A DNA stretch of 64,000 nt, taken from the NCBI GenBank assembly GCA_951406725.2, contig OX597827.1, forward strand, positions 53,692,001 through 53,756,000, written 5' to 3'. The notes under the pieces were generated by a model that was not told the DNA's origin, ran no database searches, and worked only from the letters and a program-made list of their open reading frames with translations. The DNA is from Octopus vulgaris (taxonomy: Eukaryota). Positions 1-12,385 of this stretch are shown here, piece after piece (the first letter of the stretch is position 1; each line of letters begins with the position of its first letter). A program made the position numbers and the translations under genes.

Positions 1-623
1 ACAGAAGATTCTCCCAGGAAAACAAAAGATTATATTGCCTCTGTGTGTGTGTGTGTGTGTGCTTATTGTCTATATGTGTATGAACTTCCATAATATAAAA
101 CCAACATGTAGTACTTTGTTTTCAACTCTTTTTTTTATTTGGCTTTTGAATATACATTATGAAATTAAATGAAAATACATTCTTCGCAATATTTACGGCG
201 AAAAAAATTGCTGTTTCATTTTGATCAAAATGGCTACTCCAGCATTTTGCCAAAACCTCTCACTACAGCGCGCTGTAACTACAATTCTCTCATTTTCCGT
301 CACCTATATTTAATCTCTCTGACTGCCATTCACTTTCTCTCTCCATCCATCCTTTTAGTTTGCCTCTATTTATGTGATCACGAACAAAATCACTTTACAA
401 ATTACTGTGATTATTTCCATCGAAAGAATAGTTTTATAAGAAGCAATTTCTTTTCTCGTGCGCCATTTTTGCCTGACTCGGAAAGAGAGATAATATTAAA
501 TATCACATTTATGACAGGAAAGATTTTCATGTCAGTATGTTTACGAAAAGATTCCGTAAGTTGCTTTTGTTTCTATCTTATTTTTCTTATTTTACTTTTA
601 ACAACAAAACTTTATTTTATTTA

Positions 624-1016
624 CTAGCAGTATCGCCCGGCGTTGCTCGGGTTTGTTTCGACCCTTTAGAATTGGAAGTTTTGACAAGTAAAAATTTTGC
701 ACTATGCAGTTTGTTATTCTCTTTAAGTGAACATTTTTCTGATTGAAATACACCGAAAGATGGCGACACAGCAGTAAAAAAATCGTAAACAATAGGGATT
801 TTCATAGAAAAAAAGGCACCTTTTTGATGTAAATAATTTTTGGTGTTAACATGGTCCGATTTGAATTTTGTCTTCTACGGAAGGAAGAGCAAGCCTTCTT
901 CTAACATACTCTCAATTTTGGTCAACTTGTGCCGCAGGGTCTCGGAGGAGATAGTGTTAGTTGAAGGCTACTAAACCTGCTACACACAGACAACTTCAGC
1001 TTTATATATAGAGAGA
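624..1016 (-). mobile_element. Non-autonomous Helitron
   Basis: Minus strand begins A|TCTCTCTATATATAAAGCTG and ends with the hairpin CCCGAGCAACGCCGGG followed by CGATACTGCTAG|T. This is the TC...CTAG structure with an A/T target and no TSD. The 3' terminus matches 39856-40240 and 49519-49874. Confidence 0.85.
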
Positions 1017-1265
1017 TTAATATAGCTCTAAAACCTGAGATTGTTAACGGCCAACTGGACAACTGACGCTGATAATATACTTCTTAAGCTATTATTGAAG
1101 CCCTGTTATATTTATGGCTAAGGTACACATCACTCGTGAACTCGAAGTATTTAAGTTCGTGACCTTACAAAGGCTTCGGATTTAACATAAGTGCTAAAAA
1201 AAAGAACACAGTTCTATGTCTAATGCTATCGAGAGCGCTATAGCATGGACCAGACGATTAAGACA

Positions 1266-1645
1266 TTTTCTTTTATTATTTCAGTCATTAGACTGCTGCC
1301 AAGCTGGGCCACCACCCTAAAATTTTTTTAGTCGATCGAATTAATCCCAGTACTTAGTTTTTATTTTTAAGCCTAGTGCTTATTCCATCGGTTTCTCTGC
1401 AGAACTGCTTAGTCACGAAGATGTAAACACACCAGCACCGGTTGTCAAGTGGTGATAGGGACAAACATATATACACACACATACACATATTTATATATAC
1501 GGCGAGATTCTTTCAGTTTCCGTCCACTAGGTTCCCTCACAAGGCTCTGAATGGCCTGGGACTAAATAGTAGAAGATACTTGCTCAAGGTGCCACACAGT
1601 GAGACTGAACTCTGAACCATGTGGTTGGGAAGCAAACTTTTTACC
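1266..1645 (-). mobile_element. tRNA-derived SINE family A, diverged copy
   Basis: Reverse complement of the family A head, CCTTGAGCAAGT body and TGACTGAAA tail. Confidence 0.8.
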
Positions 1646-1777
1646 ACACAACCATGCCAGCACCTGAAAATTTATGCTTTTACAGGTTTTATGTAAATTT
1701 ATGTAAATTTAAAACAGAGCTGTACACACCCTCTCTTAAGCAGAGACACATGTATAAGTAAATTAAGCGAATGGATC

Positions 1778-1945
1778 CTCCGTCGGTTTAGACAGTGTGT
1801 ATTCGACCTGTTCGAACAACAGGACTGCTTCCTCTTATTAACATGTAAGTGGTACGCCAAAGACACATGTAGAGTTAACGTAATTCTTAGGTAGATTCAG
1901 TGTGACATTCTGTGTGACTAGGCTACCAATTGAAATTATTGACAC
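1778..1945 (-). mobile_element. SINE family C 3' part, highly diverged
   Basis: Degenerate match to CTCCGTCGGTTACGAC...TTAACGTAGTTCTC...GTGTGACAAGGC seen at 7141-7310. Confidence 0.6.
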
Positions 1946-2159
1946 AAGTTATACGACAATTTCCATACAGTTTCCGTCTGCCCAGTTTTATTCTCAAGGC
2001 TTTGGTCGACTACAAGCTAGGGTAAACTACACGTACTTAGATGCAATAGGCGAAGGAAAGAACCTGGAAGCGAACCTGGAAACTTACCATCATGAAGTGA
2101 GTCTCATTACCTTGCGGTATATCAACACACAAGCAAGCACGCGCCGCGCACACATCATG

Positions 2160-2823
2160 CACCATACACACACATACATGCATGCATATATACATACATA
2201 CATGCATACATACATACATACATACACACACATCATACACACACACCATACACCATACACACATGCATACATACATACATACATACATACGTACATACGT
2301 ACATACGTACGTACATACATACATACATACATACGTACGTACACACATACCAACATACAAATACATTAACTTACATTAGCATGTGTATGTGTGTGCATGT
2401 ATATGTATGCATGCATAGGTGCATACATATATGCATACATAGATACATAAACATCGACTTACTTTAGCATATGCGTGTGTATTACATACATACATGCATG
2501 CATACATACATACATGCATAAATACATACATACACACATACATACACACATACACGCATACATACATACATACATAAATACATACATAAATACATGCATA
2601 CATACATACATAAATACATGCATACATACATACATACATACATACATACATACATACATACGTACATACATACATGCATACATACATACATACATACATA
2701 CATACATACATACATACATACATGCATACATGCATGCATGCATGCATACATACATACATACATACATACATACATACATACATACATACATACATACATA
2801 CATACATACATACATACATACAT
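2160..2823. repeat. Compound (TACA)n/(TGCA)n microsatellite
   Basis: Direct tandem repeats; source of the spurious YIHT/MYVC ORFs. Confidence 0.95.
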
Positions 2824-3150
2824 AGGCGTTCTGTTGTACGCGTATAATTCTAGCTTTCTCGCTTTTGTTTCTGTTCCGGTTTTCGTTCTTGTATACACTC
2901 GTTTGCCTTTCCCAGAGGCTTAATACTTTTAGCTTAAGATCCTGGTACCCACCGGATTCTAGAAGTATCGCTGATAAGGGGGCAAAACTACAATGACTTT
3001 CCAGACTCCGACTGATGAGCAAATCGACTGCGAATTTACACGAGTATCTTGTTTTTATCCTGTTTGCCATTTGTCGTATTATCGTCTATTTTTCTGCCTG
3101 TTGAGTTTTGCTGGTTTCCGTTTGTTGTGTTCTTTCTGTTCTACCTTTGA
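2824..3150 (+). mobile_element. Island between microsatellites with a degenerate hammerhead-like core (possible Penelope-like remnant)
   Basis: CTGATGA (3012-3018), then GCA-aatcgac-TGC and GAAT, flanked by ACTC.G/CGAGT. Confidence 0.4.
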
Positions 3151-3558
3151 TACATACATACATACATACATACATACATACATACATACATACATACATG
3201 CATGCAGGCATACCTACATGCATGCATGCATACATACATACATGCATGCATACATACATACATACATGCATGCATACATACATACACACACACGCACATA
3301 CATACATGCATACATACATACATACATACATACATACATACATACATGCATGCATGCATACATACATACATACATACATGCATGCATGCATGCATGCATA
3401 CATACATACATGCATGCATACCTACATACATACATACATACATACATACATACATACATACATACATGCATGCATACATGCATACATACATACATACATA
3501 CATACATACATACATACATACATACATACATACATACATACATACATACATACATACA
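3151..3558. repeat. (TACA)n microsatellite
   Basis: Direct tandem repeats. Confidence 0.95.
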
Positions 3559-3603
3559 AAAATACATAGGCGCCTTTTCAACAATTTCTTTTTTAACTCT
3601 TTA

Positions 3604-3971
3604 GGCTCAGGAGTGGCTGAGTGGCAAGTAGCTTGCTTACTAACCACATGGTTCCGGGTTCAGTTCCACTGCGTGGCACCTTGGGCAAGTGTCTTCTACT
3701 ATAGCCTCGGGCTGACCAAAGCCTTGTGAGTGGATTTGGTAGACGGAAACTTAAAGAAGCCTGTCGTATATATGTATATATATGTGTGTGTGTATATGTT
3801 TGTGTGTCTGCGTTTGTCCCTCCCCGCAACATCGCATGCTGGCGTGTTTACCGATAGAATAAGTACTTGGCTTACAAAGAATAAGTTCTGGGGGTCGATT
3901 TGCTCGACTAAAGGCGGTGCTCCTGCATGGCCACAGTTACATGACTGAAACAAGTAAAAGAGAGTAAAGAG
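3604..3971 (+). mobile_element. tRNA-derived SINE family A
   Basis: A-box-like GTGGCTGAGTGG, B-box-like GGTTCAGTTCC, CORE-like CCTTGGGCAAGT, internal (TA)(TG) tract, and tail CATGGCCACAG...TGACTGAAACAAGTAAAAGAG. Confidence 0.9.
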
Positions 3972-4065
3972 TATACATACATACATACATACATACATAC
4001 ATTCATACATACACACATACATACATACATACATACATACATACATACATACATACATACATACA

Positions 4066-4099
<34 letters not shown>

Positions 4100-4961
4100 C
4101 ATACATACATGCATGCATACATACATGCATACATGTATATATGTATGTATGTACGTGTACAGACATCATAAATTTTCATTAGGCAGTCGTTTCCTAATTA
4201 CCTTCCATCTCTTGGGTTGGGATAAGAAAATGGGATTTGTGAGGTTCATGCCTTTCCCACAAGCGTGACACACTTTAGTGAAGTGCAAGTGAATAGCTTC
4301 AACTGAGAATCAGAACGGTGTCACGGTCAAAACTCACTTTCTCAACGGCTTAGTTTCCACTCCTAAAATGCTTTGCTTTCTTCAGCTCACGGAATAAGCT
4401 ACCTTTAACGAGCATTCACTCCCATACGTGGCACACAAATAATTTACATGACGCTTAAGCGTAAAAGAAGAGTGGCGGTGGTGGTGGTGGTGGGGTGGGG
4501 GGCACTAAATTTACTTATTTCGTATATGGATTTCTTTGTCTCTGTCACATGATTCTTGACACTTAGAAGGAACAAGGAAGAAACAAAAAAGAAAAAAAAC
4601 TGGGGGGAAAAAATAAAAAGAACACAGAAAAATAAATAAATAGAGGAGAGAGATAAATGTTGGTTTGTGTCCAGTCCAACATTTTCTCTTTCTTTTTCTT
4701 TATAATATAATATACATTATATTTCGAAAAAAAAAAATAAATGAATAAAAAGAATCTTTCGCTTTGTTGTCTACTCAAGCAAAACAAGCTCCTCACAGCA
4801 AATCTTTTATAGCATAATTGTACTTTTTATTCAAGGGAACCATCTGTTCATGATCTTTGCGCGATGGGCAACCCTATAATCAGAAAAAAACACCCCCTAG
4901 GGTTAGAAGGTAGGGTGAGAACGACTGGATTAATGAATGAATGAATGAGTGAATATAGCGA

Positions 4962-5024
<63 letters not shown>

Positions 5025-5395
5025 ATAGATGAATAAATAAATATGAACCGTGCTGTATCATTCATCATTTCACAGATGTCGCATTCGTCGTTTCCTAAAT
5101 GGGGCATGCTGGTCTGGGACTACGGCACTGTGCGCGTGTCTGCCTTCGTTGTTGTGTGTAAATGTGTGCGTAAATGTGTGGATGTGTGCTGCGTTCGTTC
5201 ATTATTCTATGTGTGCGTGTCTGTGTGTTATATGTGTGCGCGTGCATGTGTGTATGTGTGTATTGTGTGTGTGTGTTTTAACCTTCTCTATGGTCATTCA
5301 ATTAATGTTATTGTTGCTGTCGACGGTGTTATTTTCATTGTTATATACTATAGTTCACACTGGGATACACCCTTCCACTCCATGCAATAAAAAGC

Positions 5396-5870
5396 ATGTG
5401 TGTGTGTTATATATATATGTATGCATGTATGTATGTATGTATGTATGTATGTATGTATGTATGTGTGTATGTATGTATGTGTGTATGTATGTATGTATGT
5501 ATGTATGTATGTATGTATGTATGTATGTATGTATGTGTGTGTGTATGTATGTATGTATGTATATGTGTATGTATGCATGTGTGTATGTGTGTATGTATGT
5601 ATGTGTGTATGTATGTATGTATGTGTGTGTATGTGTGTATGTATGTATGTATGTATGTGTGTATGTATGTATGTATGTATGTGTGTATGTATGTATGTGT
5701 GTATGTATGTGTGTATGTAAATATGTATGTATGTGTGTATGTATGTATGTATGTGTGTGTATGTGTGTATGCATGTATGTATATATGTATGTATGTATGT
5801 ATTTATGTATTTATGTATGTATGTATGTATGTATATATATATATAGTTTGTATGTATGTATGTGTGTGTG
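5396..5870. repeat. (TATG)n/(TG)n microsatellite
   Basis: Direct tandem repeats. Confidence 0.95.
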
Positions 5871-5900
5871 TATTTTTGCACGTATGTATTTATGTGTGCA

Positions 5901-6390
5901 TCTTACTATAATGAGTGTTATGTCCGTCTGTCTGTTTGTCTGTTCCCTTTTCACGGTCAAACGGCTGGACCAACGGTCACGATGTTTTTCGGAATTACGA
6001 AGGAAGGTTTACATCGAAAAAAGAAAAAAGTGAAAAAGTATGATTTTTTAGTGGATATTGAGTTTTGTATTAATAAATTACTTCGGCGACGAGGATTAAC
6101 TCTGGATTTCCCGCTCCCACCCCGTGTAGTTCGTCAATTTAGAGGGTTTAGATTTGCGATACTATCCCTTTATTTCCCATCGTAGATGAGCAAATTCCTA
6201 AAGATTCCGCTCGCGCATTCATAGCAAACAAGGTACAGGGCCAGGCTTTAGATCGTGTAGGTGTATTTTTACCCACTCCGATGTTTACACACAGTTAGTT
6301 ATTAGTCGCTATGAGTAGAGCAACGGACTCCAGTAATCTGAAAATTAGAGTCAACCAAACAGAAAATATAGTCTGCAAAGAAGTTTTGTT
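5901..6390 (+). mobile_element. Internally deleted Helitron retaining the PIF1-family helicase C-terminus
   Basis: 5' end A|TCTTACTATAATGAGTGTTATGTCCGTCTGTCTG. 6191-6390 translates as QIPKDSARAFIANKVQGQALDRVGVFLPTPMFTHS*LLVAMSRATDSSNLKIRVNQTENIVCKEVLL, matching the Helitron/PIF1 motif TINKSQGQTL..VG..L..PVF.HGQLYVA.SR...NIVYKEVL. Confidence 0.8.
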
Positions 6391-6827
6391 ATCAAGAAGC
6401 TTGGCGATCTTTCGTCTCTAGTAGATCTTTCCGTCGATTTCCTTTTTTTTACATATGGGCTTGCGGGAACTTTTGAAGTAATATACATATATATACACAT
6501 ACACCGAGTAAAAAATTTCAGTTATCTCTTTCTTTCACACATTACTCTGTCTCTTCACACACACTAACAGAAGCACTTCACTTACACAACATACTGTCTG
6601 TCTCCCACACCCCATCAAACACACACACACACACACATGTACATCAATGCTCCCATGCACGGTAACTTCAAAAGAACTTCCCTCGTCATAAAATCGCTTT
6701 CTCTTAGTCTCTTTCGCTCTCATTACTTCAAAAGTTCCCGCAAGCCCATATGTAAGAAAAAAAAATTTTTTTACGGAAATCGACGGAAAGGTCTACTAGA
6801 GACGAAAGATTGCCAGAAGCTTTGATA
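6390..6827. mobile_element. Element with long inverted repeats of about 90-105 bp (MITE/foldback-like)
   Basis: 6390-6482 is the reverse complement of 6722-6827 (GATCTTTCGTCTCTAGTAGA...ACATATGGGCTTGCGGGAACTTTTGAAGTAAT). Confidence 0.7.
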
Positions 6828-7126
6828 TTATCGAATTTGTGAAGTTTGAATGTATAAGAGTAATAGACCTAAATAAATTTAACTTGTACGTTAAAAGATA
6901 TTCTTTAGGACAACATGAAATAGAATAAAGTAAAATATACCTATGCATAAAAGGTGCGTAGATTATGAATTTTGATTGAAAGGATGGGACCTCAAAACAA
7001 AAAGTTGTAGGGGGCCTCTAAAACCACGTGATGGAGCTGGACATAGTATTTAACTTTGTAATCAATATGTACGTGTGCGCGCGCATGTGTGTCTGTATAC
7101 ATATGTTAGTATGTATGTATGAATGT

Positions 7127-7516
7127 GGAGTGGTGGAAGCACTCCGTCGGTTACGACGACGAGGGTTCCGGTTGATCCGATCAACGGAACAGCCTGCTCG
7201 TGAAATTAACGTGTAAGTGGCTGAGCATTCCACAGACACGTGTACCCTTAACGTAGTTCTCGGGGATATTCAGCGTGACACAGAGAGTGACAAGGCCGGC
7301 CCTTTGAAATACAGGTACAACAGAAACAGGAAGTAAGAGTGAGAGAAAGTTGTGGTGAAAGAGTACAGCAGGGATCACCACCATCCCTGCCGGAGCCTCA
7401 TGGAGCTTTAGGTGTTTTCGCTCAATAAACACTCACAACGCCCGGTCTGGGAATCGAAACCGCAATCCTATGACCGCGAGTCCGCTGCCCTAACCACTGG
7501 GCCATTGCGCCTCCAC
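7127..7516 (-). mobile_element. tRNA-derived SINE family C, full length
   Basis: tRNA-like head GGCGCAATGGCCCAGTGGTTAGGGCAGCGGACTCGCGG...GGTTTCGATTCCC. TSD GTATGAATGT at 7117-7126 and 7517-7526. Near-identical to 47067-47450. Confidence 0.9.
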
Positions 7517-7556
7517 GTATGAATGTATGTGTGTTTAGCGACTTTTATTATAGATA

Positions 7557-7755
7557 CAGGCGTGGTTGTATGGCAAGAAGCTTGCTTCTTAGCCATATGG
7601 TTCCGGGTTCAGTCCTTGGGCAAGTATCTTCTACTTTAGTCTCGGGCCAACCAAAGCTTTGTAAGTGAATTTGGTAGATGGAAAGAAGCCCATTGATGTT
7701 AGCGTATTTACACCACCGTAATGTAGCGGTTCGGCAAAAAGAAGCGATAGAATAA
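7557..7755 (+). mobile_element. SINE family A, diverged and 3'-truncated
   Basis: Family A head and body; stops abruptly at the Penelope RT fragment. Confidence 0.75.
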
Positions 7756-9900
7756 ATCTTCTATGTTTCTCTACCCAGTGTTTGACTGCTTCTAGGTCTA
7801 AAGCGTGAGGTATATTGGTATAAAGATTGGTGACATCAAAACTTGTAAGTATAGTACCTTCTTGGACAGTGGGTGGGATGTGCTGGATGAAATCCATGCC
7901 ATCCCGTATATAACTGGGTATTAACGGACACAAAGGTTTTAGGAGTATATCTAAAAAATGACTCAGTTGTTGTGTTGGTGCTTGAGGTACAAATTATTGG
8001 TCTTAATTTGAGGTCAGAAGGCCTTGGTATTTTTATGTCTTGGTTCTTCTGCTTATTTATGGCACTTTGTATTTCGGATCTTTTGTGGATTTGGGGCAAT
8101 CCGTAGAAATTGCTCTCTTTGATTACTAAGTCGCATATATAATCTTTCTTCTTGTCTGTGAAGGAATCTTGGTATTCATTGATAAGTGTTTTCATTTTAT
8201 TCATTATTGTTTTTTCTGGGTATCTTGGTTCTTCCTTGTAGTAGGTTTGGCTTGTTAAAATTTTCAATATTTTATCTTTATAGTAGTCTTTGTCCATGAT
8301 TACTATCGCCCCCCCCCCCTTATCGGCTTCTTCAGTGTTAGTAGAGCTTCTTTTTCTTCTTCACGAAGGCTTTGTTTGCACCTGTAGGTATTTAGGGGAA
8401 ATTTTGAAATTGTATCTATATACGCGTCTAAATATTTGTCATTTCCCTTGTAGGAGGTGAAGTGGGATTTATTTCTGACTATTGATTCCTCATTTGTATC
8501 CTTATTGCCGAAGAATTCTATAAGTCGAAGGTGGTGGTTGAAATGCTTACTATCAGATTTCTGTTCGATGAGATTAGGTTTGAGTGTTGGGGTAAACTTG
8601 AAACCTTTTAATACGAGGTTCATCTCATTCTTGTTGAGGTTTATATTTGATAAATTTATTATCTTCGTGTCTATATATTTTGTGTGCTTATCAGAATTTT
8701 GTGTTGTGTCGAGTTTGGTGCGTGATTGTGGTATTTTCTCCCTAAAAAAGGAATTGTGTTATCGTGTCTCCATTTTCTGATTTCGGGGTTCTAGTTCCCA
8801 TGTAGGCGCGGGGGTGGGGAATGGTTCATGTTCTTTGTACGAATTCCGTTGTTCAAACGTTCTGTTTTCTTCGCATCTTCCATGTATGGGATTTTTGGAC
8901 GTAAATCGAGGGTTTCTTGAGTTATCATGGTGATTATTCATATTATGGTTTCTGTGTTGTCCGTATTTTATATAGGGTACATGGTATTACGGGTTGGTGG
9001 CTGTCTGTATGTTATTTGTCTTTTAGGTCTCTTTTTGTCCCCATGTATTTATCCATCTAGGGCGTTTGATATTATGGGTTGATGGTTGTCTTCTATATTT
9101 CATGTGTTGGGTTATTGCAGTGTTATGTGTTGCAGAATATGGGCTTCTAGTCTGTACTTGGAGTGAGATGAAGGTCATTTCCGCATATGTTCTTGGGTTA
9201 CTAGAGATTCGATATCTTAGTCCGGTTCCTCTGGGGTTGGTGTCTATGTTTGTTTTCGATTTCCTCGTATTTTTTTTTTCTGTTCTTGTGGTTTCGTTTT
9301 CATAATTTTTCATAGTTAGTGAACCACTTGTTGTTTCTCCCACATTTTTATGGACTTTTCTTCTTCCCGCTTTGTGTCTTCTTTCCATAGATGTTGCAAT
9401 TTTTCATGACAGTGATTGTCACCCCGTTCCGCGATTTCAGCAAACATAACTGCATCAATTGCTTTTACTTTCTCTTCGTGTCGTATTTTTTGTGATTGAA
9501 GAAGAGAGATTTCTGCTTCTAGTCGGCATAAAGCTAAGTTTGCACGTATCGTTGTCTCTTCCAGTGATTCACTTCTTATTTCTTTAATAAGTAATTTTCT
9601 GGGAAGGATTGGGTTTTCTTTGCTTCGCCAATCCTGGTAGGTGTTGGCTATATTGTTACATCGATTCCAGAGTTGTGGTTTCAAGTGATTTTGTTGTATA
9701 TTAATTGTTGCTATTTTCTTGTTGTTTGTTTCTGTTGTTAGAACACTTGCGTATGAGTATTATTCACAGTTTTATCTGCATTGGTGAAGATTGTGTTAAG
9801 TTTTCATATTAGTAAATTTAACTCATTAGATATTTCTGTGAGGAGTTCTTCTGTGCTTTTGGTGTCTCTCGACAGCGAGCTTGATTCTGATCTATTCATT
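7756..9900 (-). pseudogene. Penelope-like retroelement: N-terminal region and first half of RT, frameshifted
   Basis: ORF pieces NEMNLVLKGFKFTPT, ADKGG..IVIMDKDYYKDKI, NFYGLPQIHK, LKLRPII and LTSFDVTNLYTNIPH are typical Penelope RT motifs. YxDD and GIY-YIG are absent (truncated). Confidence 0.85.
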
Positions 9901-9928
9901 CTGACGTCTTGTACATTCAAGTAGATAT

Positions 9929-10262
9929 TTATAGAGTGTTAGAAGTGGTGTACATTAGTGAAACGCATTGTCGAGCATTGTCATGAAGAATGATTGGCCC
10001 TCTTCTCTTGACCAGTCTTGGACGGAGGAGTAGCAATTCTTCGTTCATTTTGGCAATTTCATGGCAATATGTTTCTGCAGTGATGGTTTTTCCGGGTTTT
10101 AAGAAGTTATAGTGGATGAGTCCAGCAGTACACCACCAAACAGTCACCATAACCTTCTTTTTTAAGAGTTCGGGCTTAGGGAAGATTTTCGGTGCTTTAT
10201 TTTGGTCCAACCATGGCGAAGAACGTTTTTTATTATTGTACAGAATCCACTTTTCATTTTGC
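9929..10262 (-). pseudogene. Mariner transposase catalytic-domain fragment
   Basis: NEKWILYNN..WLDQNKAPK..KKVMVTVWWCTAGLIHYNFLKPGKTITAETYC..PIILHDNAR, resembling the DD34D core of Hsmar1-type mariners. Confidence 0.9.
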
Positions 10263-10264
10263 TT

Positions 10265-11690
10265 CTTCTACCGAAGACATATTTTTTTAAACAAATATTT
10301 TAACAAAAATGTTCCAACGCATTCGTACAAAAGTGTGTGTAATTACGCCCTATATTTGTAATTGTTCTGTGTTTCTTGTGTGTCTGCTTGAGTGCCTGCT
10401 TGAGTGCCTGCTTGTGTGTTTTCAACTGGAGAATCTGTATTGTCTGTGTTTGTTTGTGTATACCTACCTGAAGTTTCTGGACCGTCTATGAGTGCTTGTG
10501 AATATTTTACTGGAGTTATTGGGCTGTATGTGCGTGGTTGTGCATATTTAGTTGGGGATTCCAGGCTGACTGCTGTTGTAATGTGAAATGCTGTGTAGGT
10601 GTTTGTATGTTATTTAGTTCTTTCTTTTTCTTCCTTTTATTTTGAGTTATTCGAGGGTGGGGAGTTTTTGATGTCTTCCCTCTTTCTGTTTTGTATTTCT
10701 CGTCCTTGCTACTTTCCTCTTGTCTCACCTCCATTGATGTTTGGTTGTTAAGAAGGGCACAATTTGCCTTAATATGGCCCTTTTCTCTGCAGTGGTAGTA
10801 TGTGGGAGGTCTTTCCTCCACTACCACACACAGCCTCACCTCTTCTGGCAACTCTATTTCTTCTGTTATTTCTTGTAGGTCTAGTGAGGTGGCCTGGATT
10901 ATGACTTCTAGGCCATATCCCCATCAGTTCAGTTGTTTAGTTCGGCTTACCTGCAGCACTTGTGGGTCGTCTTTTGTGTCTATTAAGATTGCTGCAAGCA
11001 GCCACATCTCATTGATTTCTGGGGGCACCCTGCCACTCTCGCTACAGGTTTCCCGAGGTATGTTGGCAGGAGCACCCATTTTTCCGCTTTCAAGGTTACA
11101 GTGGAGTACTTTGCTGTCTCCCCCAAAGCAGGGAAGCGCACCTCCACAGTACCAAACTTTCTGCCTCTGCAGTAGTATTCGATGTTGCTTCTTATCTCTT
11201 TCAAGCATTCTTCTAAATCTTCCTCGTTTACCATTTCTATTTTCTTACTTGCTTGTGAAAGGGTTCTGTAAATCAACGTTTTTTTTCATTTTTGCTTCTT
11301 GTTATCTCTTCCGGCGGCGTCAATTTTAATCTTCACCCTTCTCTTTGTATTAGTTTTTTTTTTGTTGTTTTTTTTTTGTTTTTGTTTAGTATTAATTTTT
11401 TTTACTGTTTTACACCATTTCGAAGTCTCCAAGCACCTCCTTGACTTCCCGTTGTCTCACAGTCGCTGCAATAGTTTCTCGGCCTGCTACTGAAGCGTAG
11501 CTCCCGGTACGCGCTTACAATTCCTCCATTGCTCACTGCAATTTTCGCTCCCATCGGGGAGAAAACACAACAAAAGCAAACAATACAACAAGTTAAACAA
11601 TTACGAACAACAGGTGACCCCGCTAGGGAGGACCTTAAACCAAGGACACAACTATCCGCAACGATACAAAATCAACTGTGAACGATATAA
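10265..11690 (-). pseudogene. L1/Tx1-like LINE 5'UTR and ORF1 only, decayed
   Basis: RGRKFGTVEVRF..LLPTYLG matches RGKKFGTIKVRL..LIPVYMG in ORF1 at 59814-60050. Zinc-knuckle remnant YYHCREKGHIKANC; candidate ATG at 11529; no ORF2 follows. Confidence 0.75.
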
Positions 11691-11880
11691 TCTCTTCGAA
11701 AAGATGATTGGCACAACGGTCATAAAAATATCGGTGTTCATTTATTGATGCATTCGGGCTAGTTTATGTCTGTATTATCAGACAATTGCAAAAGAATGTT
11801 TAAAAAAATTCAGAACTCAGCAAAAATCCAGTACAAATTCTTCATGGTTCAAAACGTTGCTTACTTTTTACTCAACCGGT

Positions 11881-12127
11881 ATATACATACATACATACAT
11901 ACATACATACATACATACATACATACATACATACATACATGCATGCATGCATGCATGCATACATACATACATACATACATACATACATACATACATACAT
12001 ACATACATACATACATGCATGCATGCATGCATGCATACATACATACATACATACATACATACATACATACATACATACATGCATACATACATACATACAT
12101 ACATACATGCATAAATACATGCATACA

Positions 12128-12158
<31 letters not shown>
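11881..12158. repeat. (TACA)n/(TGCA)n microsatellite
   Basis: Direct tandem repeats. Confidence 0.95.
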
Positions 12159-12161
<3 letters not shown>

Positions 12162-12250
12162 ATATATTCGTTATCCTTTTAATGGTTTCAGTCGTTGGAG
12201 TGTGGCCATTCTGGAGCACTGCCTTAAACTATGAGAATATATATGAGTAC

Positions 12251-12291
<41 letters not shown>

Positions 12292-12346
12292 TATCTATAT
12301 GTATGTATGTATGTATGTGTAAATATATATATATATACATATATCT

Positions 12347-12383
<37 letters not shown>

Positions 12384-12385
<2 letters not shown>

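Noticed and set aside
169-627. 152-aa ORF
   Set aside because: AT-rich with no recognisable motif, and it ends in a Helitron terminus.
1902-6033. Many long ORFs (YIHT, MYVC, CVCV repeats) here and throughout the window
   Set aside because: They are translations of stop-free microsatellites, open in several frames on both strands, with no protein complexity.
11845-11880. Possible mariner TIR belonging to the 9929-10262 fragment
   Set aside because: No matching partner TIR or transposase N-terminus could be seen.
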